Below, piece after piece: positions 49,171-59,715 of a DNA stretch of 64,000 bases. The first letter of the stretch is position 1. Each line of letters starts with the position of its first letter. The DNA is taken from positions 576,001-640,000 of the forward strand of contig CAVOKF010000008.1 of the NCBI GenBank assembly GCA_963696385.1, given 5' to 3'. The notes under the pieces are model-generated. The model saw only the letters and a program-made list of their open reading frames with translations. It did not search any database and was not told the DNA's origin. Made by a program: the position numbers and the translations under genes. Source of the DNA: an uncultured delta proteobacterium (GTDB lineage Bacteria; Myxococcota_A; Polyangia; Polyangiales; Polyangiaceae).

Positions 49171-49638
49171 ATGGCTGAAACTCTCGGATCTCTGTGCGAC
49201 AAGCTAAGCATCGTCAAGCTCAAAGAATTTCACACCGACGACGCAGCGCGCCTTGCGAGCCTTGGGCACCAAGTTCGTCAGTTGGTTGAAGAAATTGACG
49301 CATTCTTGGCCGGCACGCTGGCTGGTGAGATACCCCCTGAGCGCCTGACATTTGCTGCCAACAAGGTCTTCAAGAAGAGCGGCAACGAACTGCCTGCCAT
49401 CGTCGGCACCATCGGCGCCACTTGCGCGCGGCTAGCCGAAGTCAACTGCAAGTTATGGCACGAGCAAGAGCGCGTGTACGAGTTCGACCGCGTTCCGATC
49501 AACGAGAAGGACCGCGTCGTAAAACAACTAGCGCTTCTCAATCTGGAACGAAACCAGTGTATTGACCAGATAGACGGTCAACTGCGCGCAGCCATCCTGG
49601 AGCATAGGCTCGCGATAGCGCCGGACAGGTCAACCTAA
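49171..49638 (+). CDS. DUF4254/DUF6165-like helical protein
   Basis: MAETLGSLCDKLSIVKLK...VNCKLWHEQE...LNLERNQCIDQID; AGGAG upstream. Confidence 0.7.
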   Translation: MAETLGSLCDKLSIVKLKEFHTDDAARLASLGHQVRQLVEEIDAFLAGTLAGEIPPERLTFAANKVFKKSGNELPAIVGTIGATCARLAEVNCKLWHEQERVYEFDRVPINEKDRVVKQLALLNLERNQCIDQIDGQLRAAILEHRLAIAPDRST

Positions 49639-49648
49639 GGGCCAGCGC

Positions 49649-51409
49649 ATGTATCGCGGTCTTTTTTGTAACACGGCTCGGGCCTCTTGCAGCATCTTTG
49701 CCTCCGGCCTCATGGTTTACGACGCGCTGCGGGGAACCCCTGGTACAGAGCTCGAGTACATCGAACTTAACTCCGAGCGACGCTCGCTATCGACGGATTT
49801 CGATTTTTACATATTCAACTATCATCCCGCGACGTCGATGGCGTGGCTTGACACCACCAGTGTACGTCGACTACCAGGACTAAAGGCGACTATCGTACTT
49901 GAGGTGTCGCCACAAGACCCCTTCCCTTTCGTTTCACCGGTAGACTTCGACGCATACCTCGCGCTCGATCCCACACTGACAGAACGATTGCCCCGCGTAT
50001 ATGCGTTTCCACGGCCACTAGAAGACCCCCCTACGCGTCAACCGCTGTCGGTATCCTTGGCCGATCCCATAATAGGTAGTTTCGGCTTCGCGACAATCGA
50101 CAAGGCCTTCGACAAGCTCGTTACAGCCGCTGCATCCGAGTTTGACCGAGCGACTGTGCGCCTCAACATCCCGTTTGGGGAATACGCAGGTTCGGATCAG
50201 CGCACAATGACGTCTGACATCGTCGCCGCATGCGAACGCGCAAACGCCGGAAAGCTCCGCCTTGAGATAACACATACTTTTCTCGAGCAGAGAGAAGTCG
50301 TTGCGTGGTGTGCCGCGAACACCCTGAATTGTTTCTTTTATGAACGAGCGATTCCAGGCCTGGCAGCGGTCACGGATCAAGCGATTTCAAGCGGCCGCCC
50401 TTTAGCGATTTCGGCTAGTGACACCTTCCGCCATATTCACCAATTCGTGCCACCATACCCGTTGCGCAGCTTGCGCGAATCCATCGCGCTGTCTGCGCCG
50501 GAGGTTTCGGCAATGAAGGCTGCGTGGTCTAAGTCGCGCTTCGCAACCAAGTTCAGTACGGTGCTCCTAGATCACGCCGCCAGCCTCGGCGTGGGCCGCC
50601 GTCGCGGGCAAGTGACGCTATCCGAGAAGCGAAAAGGCACGGCGTCATCCATCGTCGGCGCATTGCGACGTCTTCGGCTTGGTGATGTCCTGCCTCCCGT
50701 TGCCGTGTGCGCGTGGAGGCGGGCAGCTGGTTTGACGGCGCTGCCGAACCCCGTGCTCCAACCGTATTCGAGCCCCTTATTGAAGTCGTTTAGTCGACAC
50801 GGCGAAGATCTATTGCTTGACCTGCTTTTAGGTCGGCGCGCCTCGGGGTTCTATGTCGATGTAGGCGCCAATGATCCCTCACTTAACAACAACACGAAGC
50901 GCTTCTACGACCGCGGTTGGCGAGGTCTTAACATAGAGCCCAACACAACTGCGTTTCGCGCTTTGGTACAAGCGCGACCTGGCGATATCAATATGAATAT
51001 TGGCATCGCGGAACTGGCAAGCGAGGTGACATCGTTCACGCTATCGAATGATAACAGCCTCACGACGTTGGATCGCGAGCAATCGCAACGTACAGCGGCC
51101 CGACGTGTCCTGCCACTCGCCGAGCAGCCGGTAGAAGCGCTTCCACTTCGGCAGGTTCTTCACGGCGCGGGGGTGAGGACTATCGATTTCATGTCAGTCG
51201 ACGCGGAAGGACTTGACTTACCCGTACTGCGCAGTAACGACTGGACCAGATTCCGACCTACTATACTCGTGGTCAAGATAAATATATCGCGAAACGCGAT
51301 CGTCACGTTTCTCAACAAGCAGGGATATGGTTTAATGATGAACAATTTATATAATGGCATATTCGTTGATCTCCGCACTCAGGATCCGTCCGTGCTTGCA
51401 TTATTTTAG
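49649..51409 (+). CDS. GT-B-like domain fused to an FkbM-family methyltransferase
   Basis: N-terminal domain is paralogous to 43877..45841; C-terminal domain GFYVDVGANDP...GWRGLNIEPN...IDFMSVDAEG. Confidence 0.8.
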   Translation: MYRGLFCNTARASCSIFASGLMVYDALRGTPGTELEYIELNSERRSLSTDFDFYIFNYHPATSMAWLDTTSVRRLPGLKATIVLEVSPQDPFPFVSPVDFDAYLALDPTLTERLPRVYAFPRPLEDPPTRQPLSVSLADPIIGSFGFATIDKAFDKLVTAAASEFDRATVRLNIPFGEYAGSDQRTMTSDIVAACERANAGKLRLEITHTFLEQREVVAWCAANTLNCFFYERAIPGLAAVTDQAISSGRPLAISASDTFRHIHQFVPPYPLRSLRESIALSAPEVSAMKAAWSKSRFATKFSTVLLDHAASLGVGRRRGQVTLSEKRKGTASSIVGALRRLRLGDVLPPVAVCAWRRAAGLTALPNPVLQPYSSPLLKSFSRHGEDLLLDLLLGRRASGFYVDVGANDPSLNNNTKRFYDRGWRGLNIEPNTTAFRALVQARPGDINMNIGIAELASEVTSFTLSNDNSLTTLDREQSQRTAARRVLPLAEQPVEALPLRQVLHGAGVRTIDFMSVDAEGLDLPVLRSNDWTRFRPTILVVKINISRNAIVTFLNKQGYGLMMNNLYNGIFVDLRTQDPSVLALF

Positions 51410-51487
51410 ATGAGTATTGGCCCGAGTTGCACGACGGGATTATGTTGGTGAACAGATCCCTTACATCGCGATTGTGCGTTTGAAGTA

Positions 51488-52882
51488 ATGTCGACTGCCA
51501 TACAGGTAACACATCTGGCGAAGCGGTACTGGCTGAATCACAGCGCTCGCGCGCGTCCTGGAACGCTGCGCGAAGAGCTAGCTGAGCGGTTGCGCGCGCC
51601 CGCGCGAGCGCTTGGTCTGCGATTTAAGAAGAACGGGCACGTAGAAGATGCCACCAAGGAGGAGTTCTGGGCGCTTCGGGATGTAACGTTCGGGGTGGAG
51701 CGCGGTGAGGTTGTCGGGATCGTTGGGCGGAACGGCGCAGGCAAGTCGACGTTGCTCAAGATTTTGAGTCGAATCACTGAACCCACGGCCGGTCGGGTGG
51801 CCATTGATGGGCGCGTCGCGAGCTTGTTAGAAGTCGGGACCGGCTTTCACTCTGAACTTACCGGTCGCGAAAACATTTTCCTGAACGGCGCAATTCTCGG
51901 CATGACGCGCGCAGAAATTCGTCACAAGTTTGACGAAATTGTGGCGTTTGCGGAAGTAGAGAAATTTTTGGATACGCCAGTGAAACGCTATTCTAGCGGG
52001 ATGTACGTGCGGCTTGCTTTTGCCGTTGCGGCTCACCTCGACCCAGAGATCCTGATCGTTGACGAGGTGTTGGCCGTCGGTGACACTCAATTTCAGAAAA
52101 AGTGCCTTGGAAAAATGAAAGATGTGTCAAGCAATGAAGGTCGCACGGTATTGTTTGTCAGCCATCAGCTAGGCACCGTCAGGCAACTATGCGGACGTGC
52201 GATTCTATTGAGGGCGGGCTGCGTCGCGGCCGAGGGGAAAACCGCTGATGTGCTGCAGACTTACATGAGCGAACAGCTTGGCCCCCAGCGCGCGGTCTTT
52301 CTGCGTCCCTCTGCGATGCGACACAAGGACATGGCTTTGCAGTCGGCGTGGACCGCGAATGATCGGAATCAAATTGCATCGCACTTTCTACATACGGAGG
52401 CGATTGATATCCGTATTCACATCCGGGTCAATAAGTGGATAACAGGCGCGGAGGTGCGTTTGGTCGTCGGAGACTCGCGCGGTCGGCGGGTGTTCACGTC
52501 CGACGCGGACTTGCAACATGCCGCGGGTGGGGGCGCCGGGGCCGTTCAGGCCTGTGCGCGCATCTCTGCGCACTTTCTTAGGCCGGAAACTTACACTGTA
52601 GCCATGGCGCTGTTCGTGAATAATCAGTTGATAATTGATCTGATCGAAGACGCCTTCTCATTCTCGGTTCAGGACGCAGGTTCAAAGTACGCGGCAAGCG
52701 AGGGGCTTGACTATGGTTGCGTGTTCGCGCCTTGCGATTGGAACGTTGTGCATGCAACCGACGACCAGTGGCGCCAGCTGCCACCTGAGGTACTCGCGGA
52801 GAACTCTTCGCCGCGCGGCGGCGAAGACCAGCCCGCGCATCAGATGACATCAGAAAAGCCCTGCTCGGTGGCCCGAAAGTAG
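51488..52882 (+). CDS. wzt: Polysaccharide ABC transporter ATP-binding protein with C-terminal carbohydrate-binding-type domain
   Basis: FWALRDV, GRNGAGKST, YSSGMYVRLAF, VDEVLAVGD; beta-rich C-terminal extension. Confidence 0.92.
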   Translation: MSTAIQVTHLAKRYWLNHSARARPGTLREELAERLRAPARALGLRFKKNGHVEDATKEEFWALRDVTFGVERGEVVGIVGRNGAGKSTLLKILSRITEPTAGRVAIDGRVASLLEVGTGFHSELTGRENIFLNGAILGMTRAEIRHKFDEIVAFAEVEKFLDTPVKRYSSGMYVRLAFAVAAHLDPEILIVDEVLAVGDTQFQKKCLGKMKDVSSNEGRTVLFVSHQLGTVRQLCGRAILLRAGCVAAEGKTADVLQTYMSEQLGPQRAVFLRPSAMRHKDMALQSAWTANDRNQIASHFLHTEAIDIRIHIRVNKWITGAEVRLVVGDSRGRRVFTSDADLQHAAGGGAGAVQACARISAHFLRPETYTVAMALFVNNQLIIDLIEDAFSFSVQDAGSKYAASEGLDYGCVFAPCDWNVVHATDDQWRQLPPEVLAENSSPRGGEDQPAHQMTSEKPCSVARK

Positions 52883-53661
52883 TTGAAGCCCGTGATCGCG
52901 ATCGCAATAACAATCAGGAGCGATAGAGCAACGCCCGGCCAGTAGACAGCAGAATTACCATTGAGGGTGCACCATCGGAAGCCATCGATGATGCCGACCA
53001 TTGGATTGAGGGCGTAGATTGACCGCCATTTGGCGGGCACAACGCTGCTGCTAAAGCCGACAGGCGCTGCGTACAAGCCCAATTGCAGCAAGAATGGAAT
53101 GACGAATGCGAAATCGCGATAGCGCACATTCAGAGCAGCAAACCACACGCCAACACTAGCAGCTGTTAGTACAGTATAAACCACAAAAAAGGGTAAACAC
53201 AGTAAACGCCAGCTCGGGACGACGCCGTATGCACCCATGAGGAGCGCGAGTAGGAGGAGTGATATTGCGAAGTCGACGCAGCTAACGACGAGCGCGCTTC
53301 CGGGAATGATAATGCGCGGGAAGTACACTTTGGTAATGAGGTTGGAGTTGGAGACGACGCTATTGCCGCTCTCGCTAAGTCCAGTGCTGAATAGCTGCCA
53401 GGGCAAGAGCCCGCTCAGGACGAGCAGGGGATAAGGCACGCCAGAGGACGGAAATTTACCTAGGCGACCGAAGACAACAGTGAATACGATAGTACTGAGC
53501 GCCGGGCGGATCACCGCCCACGCTATCCCGACGACGGTCTGCTTATATCGGACAGAAACGTCTCGCCAGGCAAGAACGTAGAATAGCTCACGATATCGCC
53601 AAAGGTCTCGGAGATACTGAGTGTCACCCTTGCGGGCCTCGATGATTACGGGCGTGGCCAT
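52840..53661 (-). CDS. wzm: Polysaccharide ABC transporter permease
   Basis: LWRYRELFYVLAWRDVSVRYKQTVVGIAW, LITKVYFPR, LNPM. Confidence 0.93.
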   Translation of the reverse strand: MATPVIIEARKGDTQYLRDLWRYRELFYVLAWRDVSVRYKQTVVGIAWAVIRPALSTIVFTVVFGRLGKFPSSGVPYPLLVLSGLLPWQLFSTGLSESGNSVVSNSNLITKVYFPRIIIPGSALVVSCVDFAISLLLLALLMGAYGVVPSWRLLCLPFFVVYTVLTAASVGVWFAALNVRYRDFAFVIPFLLQLGLYAAPVGFSSSVVPAKWRSIYALNPMVGIIDGFRWCTLNGNSAVYWPGVALSLLIVIAIAITGFNYFRATEQGFSDVI

Positions 53662-54069
53662 ATTTGGAGCGACTAGCCAGTAGCATGGTTACGCCATTTT
53701 TTGTCGATCGCGACCACTGCCCAGGGGAGGGCTGAAGCGATATGGGCCACGCGACAAGGGCAGTAAATAGTTCGCGCAGCCAACTTTGTGCCGCAAAGCC
53801 TTCGATTCCGTTTTTGGCGTAAGAATGCGGTATGGAGCGACAAGCGGAGACCGCGCTAGCCGTTGCGACGAGCGGCACGCCGTGGCGCCGCGCCCAAGCG
53901 CGACCCACCACCCGACCGTGCCGGTCACGAACGTCGGCATCCGCACACCCAGGCACCCCGTTGTACCGACCCGCGCGAGCGCGGACAGTTTGTCCCAGGA
54001 TAAATTTAGTTCGCTCGCAACCAGATTGGTTCGTTCCCCAGCGCGCCATGCCCTGAACGGTCGGACTCT

Positions 54070-56424
54070 TTATGGCCGTTGCGCTAGTATATCCATCGCT
54101 GGAGCCGACTTGCGCACGCCCTCAAGCACCATAGCCATCTCACGTATCCGCGTCTCTGGATCGCTGAGAGCGCGCCCGCGAACTCTCCCCGCAGCGGACA
54201 GAGCCAAGCGCCGGTCCACGCCGTCGATGAGCTGATTCAGTGCGGACGCGACCGCTTCGGCTTCAGGCGGGACGAGGATTCCGCATGCTTCGTTGACGAT
54301 ATCACGACACCCTCCCATGTTCGTGCCAACTACCGGGAGCCCGGCAAGAAGTGCTTCCACAAACACCTGGCCAAAAGGCTCTGGTGCGACGTTCGGCTGG
54401 CAGTGAATATCCGCGGCAGCCATGAGCGCCGGCACATCGTTTCGCTGACCCAAGAACGTTACCCGCTCTGAGAGGCCGAACCTTTCCACGAGCTCCCATA
54501 GCTCTCGTTCATAGCGGACTTCACTCGGCCGTTGCGCACCTCCCGCAACCCAACAAAGCCACCGAGGATTAGCACGCAGCCGCGCCAAGGCTTCGATGAG
54601 AAGACGCTGGCCTTTCCACGGCTGCATGCGCGCAGCGTTGATAATGACGACTTGGTCGGGCGCAACCCGATGTGACGACCGTACCCGAATGCGGGGGCCT
54701 CCTCCGTTCGGCTCGAACTCGCTCGGTGGGAAAACGGCCTTCCGAGGGACCGTCGGAAACATCCAGCGCCCAGCAGCTGCCACGAAAGCCGTGTAGCAAA
54801 GAACGAGGTCCGGCGGAGTGAGGCTTGCCCAACGATCAAGCCAGCTGTGAGGATCGGGAACATCGTGCATGTGAAACACAAGTCGCGAGCCCATCTGTCG
54901 CGCAATCGGCGCGAAAAGCAAGTGCGACCAAGACGAGTGAGATACGACGACGTCGTAGTGCTTGGCCAGGAGCTTCTCCCTAAAATTTCGTCGCACGGAC
55001 GCGATAGTTTTTGGGAAACGCACCCGCGCGGAACCTAGCATATACAGAGGTACGCTGGCCTCGCGAAGCTCCCGGGCGATTCTGCCCTCAAAACAAAGTG
55101 CGAATTCCATGCGTACAGACGGCGCGTACGCACGGTTCCGCGCCAAGGTGCACAGATACTTTTCGATGCCGCCCCACAGGTTACCACTGTGCGCATGCAG
55201 AACGCTCATCGGCTCGGCAGCGGGAAAGGGGTCGCTATGCCTCGGTCGTGCCCCGTCTTCGGTCCGCCGACTCCCGAGTTTGCAACCGTTCGATACCGCG
55301 CATCCAGACGCTTTGGAATGCGTCACGCTCGCCAAACTAGCCGCAAAGTCTCGCATGCGCTCCGCGACGTTGCAAATCTCACGCGCGCGCGCGGGTGCGG
55401 CCATCGACAACGTCGCCCGTCTGTCCGCGCCGTCGATCAGGTCCTGCAAAATCGCCGATAAGGCGTCCGGCTCCGGCGGCACGACGATTCCGCTCGCTTC
55501 GGTTACAATCTCGAGAGCCGCCCCCATGGCTGTCGTGACGACCGGCAACCCTGCGGCAAGCGCCTCAACAAATACGATTCCGAATGGTTCGGGCCGTGCG
55601 TTTGGCTGACAGAAGAGATCGGCAGCGCTCATGAGCGCGGGGACGTCATCGCGCTGACCGAGCAGGTTCACGCGACCTTCGAGGCCGAGACGGCTGACCA
55701 TGGAACGCAACGCGCGTTCGTACGGAATCTCCGACGGCCTCTGAGCACCACCAGCAATCCAGCATACCCAAGGCGGGTCCGGGCGCAGCTTCGCCAGCGC
55801 TTGCAGTAAAAGGCCGTGTCCTTTCCACGACTGCATTCGACTTGCCTGCAGGATCACAACCGCGCTCGGAGGCGTCCCCAACGATGCCCGAACTTCATTG
55901 CGAGTCGAAGAGGCGCTGATTGTTTCGAGCGAAACAGGATACCGAAGTACGGACCGAGGGGCGGATCGAAAGAGCCACGAGCCGGCGCGCGACGTAAAAG
56001 CGCTGTTGGCGATGACGAGATCCGGGGCCCTTTGGCTGGCCGCCCAGAGGTCCGGCCACGCGCGCTCATTCGGCACATCGTGCATGTAATACACAAGCGG
56101 CACCGACAATTCGCGTACGACCGGGCCAAAGAGCGCATAAGGCCAAGATGAATGGCATACGACGACATTGAAGTGAGCCTTGCGCAGCAGTCGTCGAAGC
56201 GCTTGCTGGGCCGCGAACACACTACGAGGCGCGCGCACGCGTGCCTCCCCCAAGAGGTGCACGCTAGCACCCGCTGCGCGCAGCTCGCACCCGAGCCGCC
56301 CGTCGAAGCAAAGTGCGAACTCCGCGCTCATCTCCGGCGTCTCAGAGCGGTACTGCGCCAGGGTTCGGAGAAAGGTCTCTACCCCTCCGTACAAGTTGCC
56401 GCTGTACACATGCAACACTCGCAT
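54070..56424 (-). CDS. Double-domain GT4 glycosyltransferase (two tandem homologous GT-B modules)
   Basis: MRVLHVYSGNLYGG...PEPFGIVFVEALAAG, then MSVLHAHSGNLWGG...PEPFGQVFVEALLAG in one reading frame. Confidence 0.88.
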   Translation of the reverse strand: MRVLHVYSGNLYGGVETFLRTLAQYRSETPEMSAEFALCFDGRLGCELRAAGASVHLLGEARVRAPRSVFAAQQALRRLLRKAHFNVVVCHSSWPYALFGPVVRELSVPLVYYMHDVPNERAWPDLWAASQRAPDLVIANSAFTSRAGSWLFRSAPRSVLRYPVSLETISASSTRNEVRASLGTPPSAVVILQASRMQSWKGHGLLLQALAKLRPDPPWVCWIAGGAQRPSEIPYERALRSMVSRLGLEGRVNLLGQRDDVPALMSAADLFCQPNARPEPFGIVFVEALAAGLPVVTTAMGAALEIVTEASGIVVPPEPDALSAILQDLIDGADRRATLSMAAPARAREICNVAERMRDFAASLASVTHSKASGCAVSNGCKLGSRRTEDGARPRHSDPFPAAEPMSVLHAHSGNLWGGIEKYLCTLARNRAYAPSVRMEFALCFEGRIARELREASVPLYMLGSARVRFPKTIASVRRNFREKLLAKHYDVVVSHSSWSHLLFAPIARQMGSRLVFHMHDVPDPHSWLDRWASLTPPDLVLCYTAFVAAAGRWMFPTVPRKAVFPPSEFEPNGGGPRIRVRSSHRVAPDQVVIINAARMQPWKGQRLLIEALARLRANPRWLCWVAGGAQRPSEVRYERELWELVERFGLSERVTFLGQRNDVPALMAAADIHCQPNVAPEPFGQVFVEALLAGLPVVGTNMGGCRDIVNEACGILVPPEAEAVASALNQLIDGVDRRLALSAAGRVRGRALSDPETRIREMAMVLEGVRKSAPAMDILAQRP

Positions 56425-56559
56425 TTGGGGTCGCCCGAACGCGACTCGGTTTTCGTCACCGCATTGCACTGGGAGCTGGCGTACGCCTCGACCGTCCATA
56501 TTCTTGAAGAATGCGCTTGGGCTCACGATACCTCCCCGGCGGTTTCGTGTAGAGTAGAC

Positions 56560-57780
56560 CACGCGCGTCGTGTCCGTTGCGTCCCTCGAGCACGCACGCG
56601 TAAGTCTCCAAGGAGCGACGCGCCATCAACGTGTCGTCAAAATCTCGACGCGCGACCGCGGCTCTGGCGAGTCGACCGCGCAGACCGGGCTCATCGAGGA
56701 GGCGACGCGAGGCAGCTGCAAACGTATTGGGGGCTTCAAGGGGAACGGTGAGCCCGGTCTCGCCGCTGCGAGAGACCCATGGGACCCCCGAGCCGGGAAT
56801 GGCCGTGTTGATGACCGGGCATCCGCTTGCCATTGCGTCGACCTGAGCCAGACCAAAGCCCTCGCTCCTCGCATTGCTGGCAAACCAAAACGCAGTTGCA
56901 GCACGGTACGCGCCGATCAGCTTGACGCGGTCGGAATAACCAGTTCCATCTAACCCGCCCGGTAACGCGCCGCTCGACGGCCCGCGCGCGAAGGTTTCTC
57001 TCCATAGGCCTGATGCCGATAACGAAAAGACGCCCTGGCCGCTGCGCCAAGGCATCGATCGCCGTCGTCAAACCCTTGTAGCAAACGAGGCGAGCTACCA
57101 CGAGCCAGGAAAGCTCGCCGACCGTGGCTCGCAGGCGCGCGGCGGCCTCCTCGACCTCAGCCGTGTGGCTCAAAAAGGGCGCAAGGTCGAGACCAAGCGG
57201 CAATGCGCGAACCTTGTCGCCAAGCTGCAGCAGCATCGGAGAACCCGCAAAATACGCCTCACTGTCCGACAGGACGAACGCGGTCCGTTCATGCACCCGT
57301 CGTTCGACCGGATCAAACACACGCCCGAGGACGCGCTGTTTGATCACGTCGCTGTTGTGGGTCACGATGAGAGTCGAAAACGAGGGCAACGCAGCGAGCG
57401 CCAAAAACATCGTTTGGTTTGGCGCGTGGACGTGGATAATGTCGTATCCTTGATCCCGCAGTCTCCACAATACCCTCGGTAACGACGGACAGATATCGAC
57501 CCGGAAAAACGATGCGCATCGACCGAACCGTGTCACACGAACGCCCTCGTCCCACTCTTCGACGATTGGCGTCGACCCGAATCGTTGCCGGCTACGTCCC
57601 TGTTCACGGTGCTCCGGTGGTTCACGCACACTACGCGGACGGTTGCGCCCAGCCGGACCTGCGCACCGGCAAGCGTCTGAACGTGACTCTGGACACCGCC
57701 CGGAGCGGCAAATGCCAAGCGTCATCGGGAAGTGCGTCGACGCGGGACGACGACCTGACGCGTCGGGCTTGACGGCGTCG
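56560..57780 (-). pseudogene. GT4 glycosyltransferase pseudogene with several frameshifts
   Basis: Fragments in three frames: PGGVQSHVQTL; DIIHVHAPN...YKGLTTAIDAL; SNARSEGFGLAQVDAMASGCPVINT. Boundaries approximate. Confidence 0.8.
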
Positions 57781-58079
57781 GCGCGGGAGGCCCTTGCACG
57801 GCCAACCGGCGTCGTCCCCGTCATTGCGGCACCGTTCCGTTGCAGCATGGCAGCTCTTTTACCACGGCATCGACGCTTCGGGGGGTTGTCCCGTCCTGAG
57901 GACACTTGCAATTGGCGTCGGCGCTACGCTCGCGTCCGCTGCCGGGAGGGAATGCCGCGGAGTGACCTTACGCGACCTTCTTCTCGGTGGCCATCGCAAT
58001 GGTGGCCTTGCGTAGGGCCGGCATCGGAAAGGCATGTTCCTGTAGCCCTTGACGCCGCGGAATCCCTTTTTGGAACGCC

Positions 58080-58225
58080 GCGGTCGGAACTGTAGGGTAG
58101 AGGCTGAGCCCGCCACAGTGGAAGTAGATGGCGTTCGTAAAGTCGTTTTGACTTCGGTAGTCACACGGTCGCTTCTTGATCGTCTTGATGGCGGAATTGA
58201 TGCCTCCGCTGACGGGGTTGGTCAC
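58080..58225 (-). mobile_element. ISL3-family transposase C-terminal remnant
   Basis: TNPVSGGINSAIKTIKKRPCDYRSQNDFTNAIYFHCGGLSLYP. Confidence 0.75.
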
Positions 58226-58329
58226 TATTCGATTCCGAGGCTCTCAGGTCGCGGTCCCCCCCGTAGACGCGAAGCTCGTCCCGGGCCGTACGCAGCGTTC
58301 AAGCCAGCCGCGTAGCGCGCGCTCGCGTC

Positions 58330-59040
58330 GAGCGCGGTCAAGTCGTCCTCGCTCATGACCCCCATGGGCACGAGCGATACCGGCCGGTCCCCCGGCGCCC
58401 GCTTGTCCTGGCTATCGAGCCGCCACGCCCACCACCGCAGGGTCGTTGCCAGAACGCCGAGCTTCCGCGCGAAAGCCCCGCCCGATTCGCCACTCCGTCG
58501 CCATTGCCTAATGCGGGGGTACAAGGGTTCGACGCGACGGTTTTGGTCCAGCAACTTGCGTCGGCTGGCCTGCGCAGAGAAGGCGGCGGCCTCGTCCAAG
58601 CCAAGCCTTCGAATGGTGCGCGTGGTGCCCCGTTCAACGTCCTCGGACGCGAGTGTCGAGGTCATCGTGGGAGCGGCACGGGTGGTCGTGAACCGCGGTT
58701 TCGATGGTGGACTGTTGCGGGAAGTGATTGCGGCCCTGCAGGGGGCGGGAGCCGACGCGGCTAACCGACGAGGAGATGCGACAGCACATCGCCTCGCTGC
58801 GGGCGGAGCTCGAGCTCGCCACGAAGACCACTCAGCTCGATCGCGTTGCGATCCAGCTCGATCGCGTCACTGCCGAGCGCGATAAGTCGCGTCGAGCCTA
58901 GCTCAAGGAGCAGCTGGAACTTCTGCGTCGCCGCATCTTCGTCGCCAAGGCCGAGCGCATCGACTCCACCCAGCTCGAGATGGAGTTTGGTGTGCTTTCG
59001 GCAAGGATGCGTGAGTTTGGGGTCGTCGGCCGGTAGCCTC
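58330..59040. mobile_element. Mosaic of IS66-family remnants (orf1 pieces on both strands, TnpC N-terminus)
   Basis: Minus strand: QWRRSGESGGAFARKLGVLATTLRWWAWRL. Plus strand: VEVIVGAARVVVNRGFDGGLLREVIAAL and EQLELLRRRIFVAKAERID. Confidence 0.7.
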
Positions 59041-59062
59041 GCCCACGGAGGCGAGGTGCGAA

Positions 59063-59461
59063 ATGGGCGGACGAGGACACGGCGGGACGACTCTGGAAGC
59101 GGTCCGCGAGCGAATCTCGCGCTGGCGGGCCGAGCGGGGCGGACCGGGCATTCCGCTGCCCGAAGAGATCTGGTCGGAGGCCGTCGAGATGGCCCGCGTG
59201 CACGGCGTGAAGGCGGTGGCGCAGGTTCTGCGCGTCGATCGGGATCGTCTTGCTGCGCGACTTGCGCGAGCGGATGACACCGTGCACGTGGGGGGAGCTT
59301 CTCAGGCGTTCGTCGAAGTCAACGCGAGCGGCTTGTGCACGACGGCGAAGACGGTCGTCCGCCTCGAAAGAGGCGGTGGGGATCGAGTCGAGCTCGAGCT
59401 CGGCGGCGCTCCCCTCGACGTTCTTGCGCTCGCGCATGCGTTTTGGAATCGGCGCGGATGA
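59063..59461 (+). CDS. IS66-family orf1 (TnpA-like)
   Basis: RWRAERG...LPEEIWSEAVEMARVHGV...AFVEV; ATGA-coupled to a TnpB-like ORF. Confidence 0.7.
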   Translation: MGGRGHGGTTLEAVRERISRWRAERGGPGIPLPEEIWSEAVEMARVHGVKAVAQVLRVDRDRLAARLARADDTVHVGGASQAFVEVNASGLCTTAKTVVRLERGGGDRVELELGGAPLDVLALAHAFWNRRG

Positions 59462-59672
59462 TCCAGCTCGCCCCCCAGATGCGTCTTCTCGTGGCGATCG
59501 CACCCGCCGACTTCCGCCGCGGGATCGACGGGCTTGTGCGTGTGTGCCGAGAATCGCTCGGCGCCGATCCATTCTCCGGCACCGTGTTCGTGTTTCGCAA
59601 TCGTCGCGGGACGGCGATCAAGATTTTGGCATACGATGGTCAGGGCTTTTGGCTCTGCCAAAACCAACTGTC
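59458..59672 (+). pseudogene. IS66 accessory protein TnpB (orf2), truncated by an insertion
   Basis: PADFRRGIDGL...DPFSGTVFVFRNRRGTAIKILAYDGQGFWLCQNQLS, after which homology ends. Confidence 0.82.
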
Positions 59673-59715
59673 TTCATACTGCACCTCCTGCGATTTGATC
59701 TGAGGACCTTCATAA

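Noticed and set aside
59458..59672. 'TnpB' as an RNA-guided nuclease
   Set aside because: This is the unrelated IS66 accessory TnpB, not the IS200/IS605 RuvC protein.
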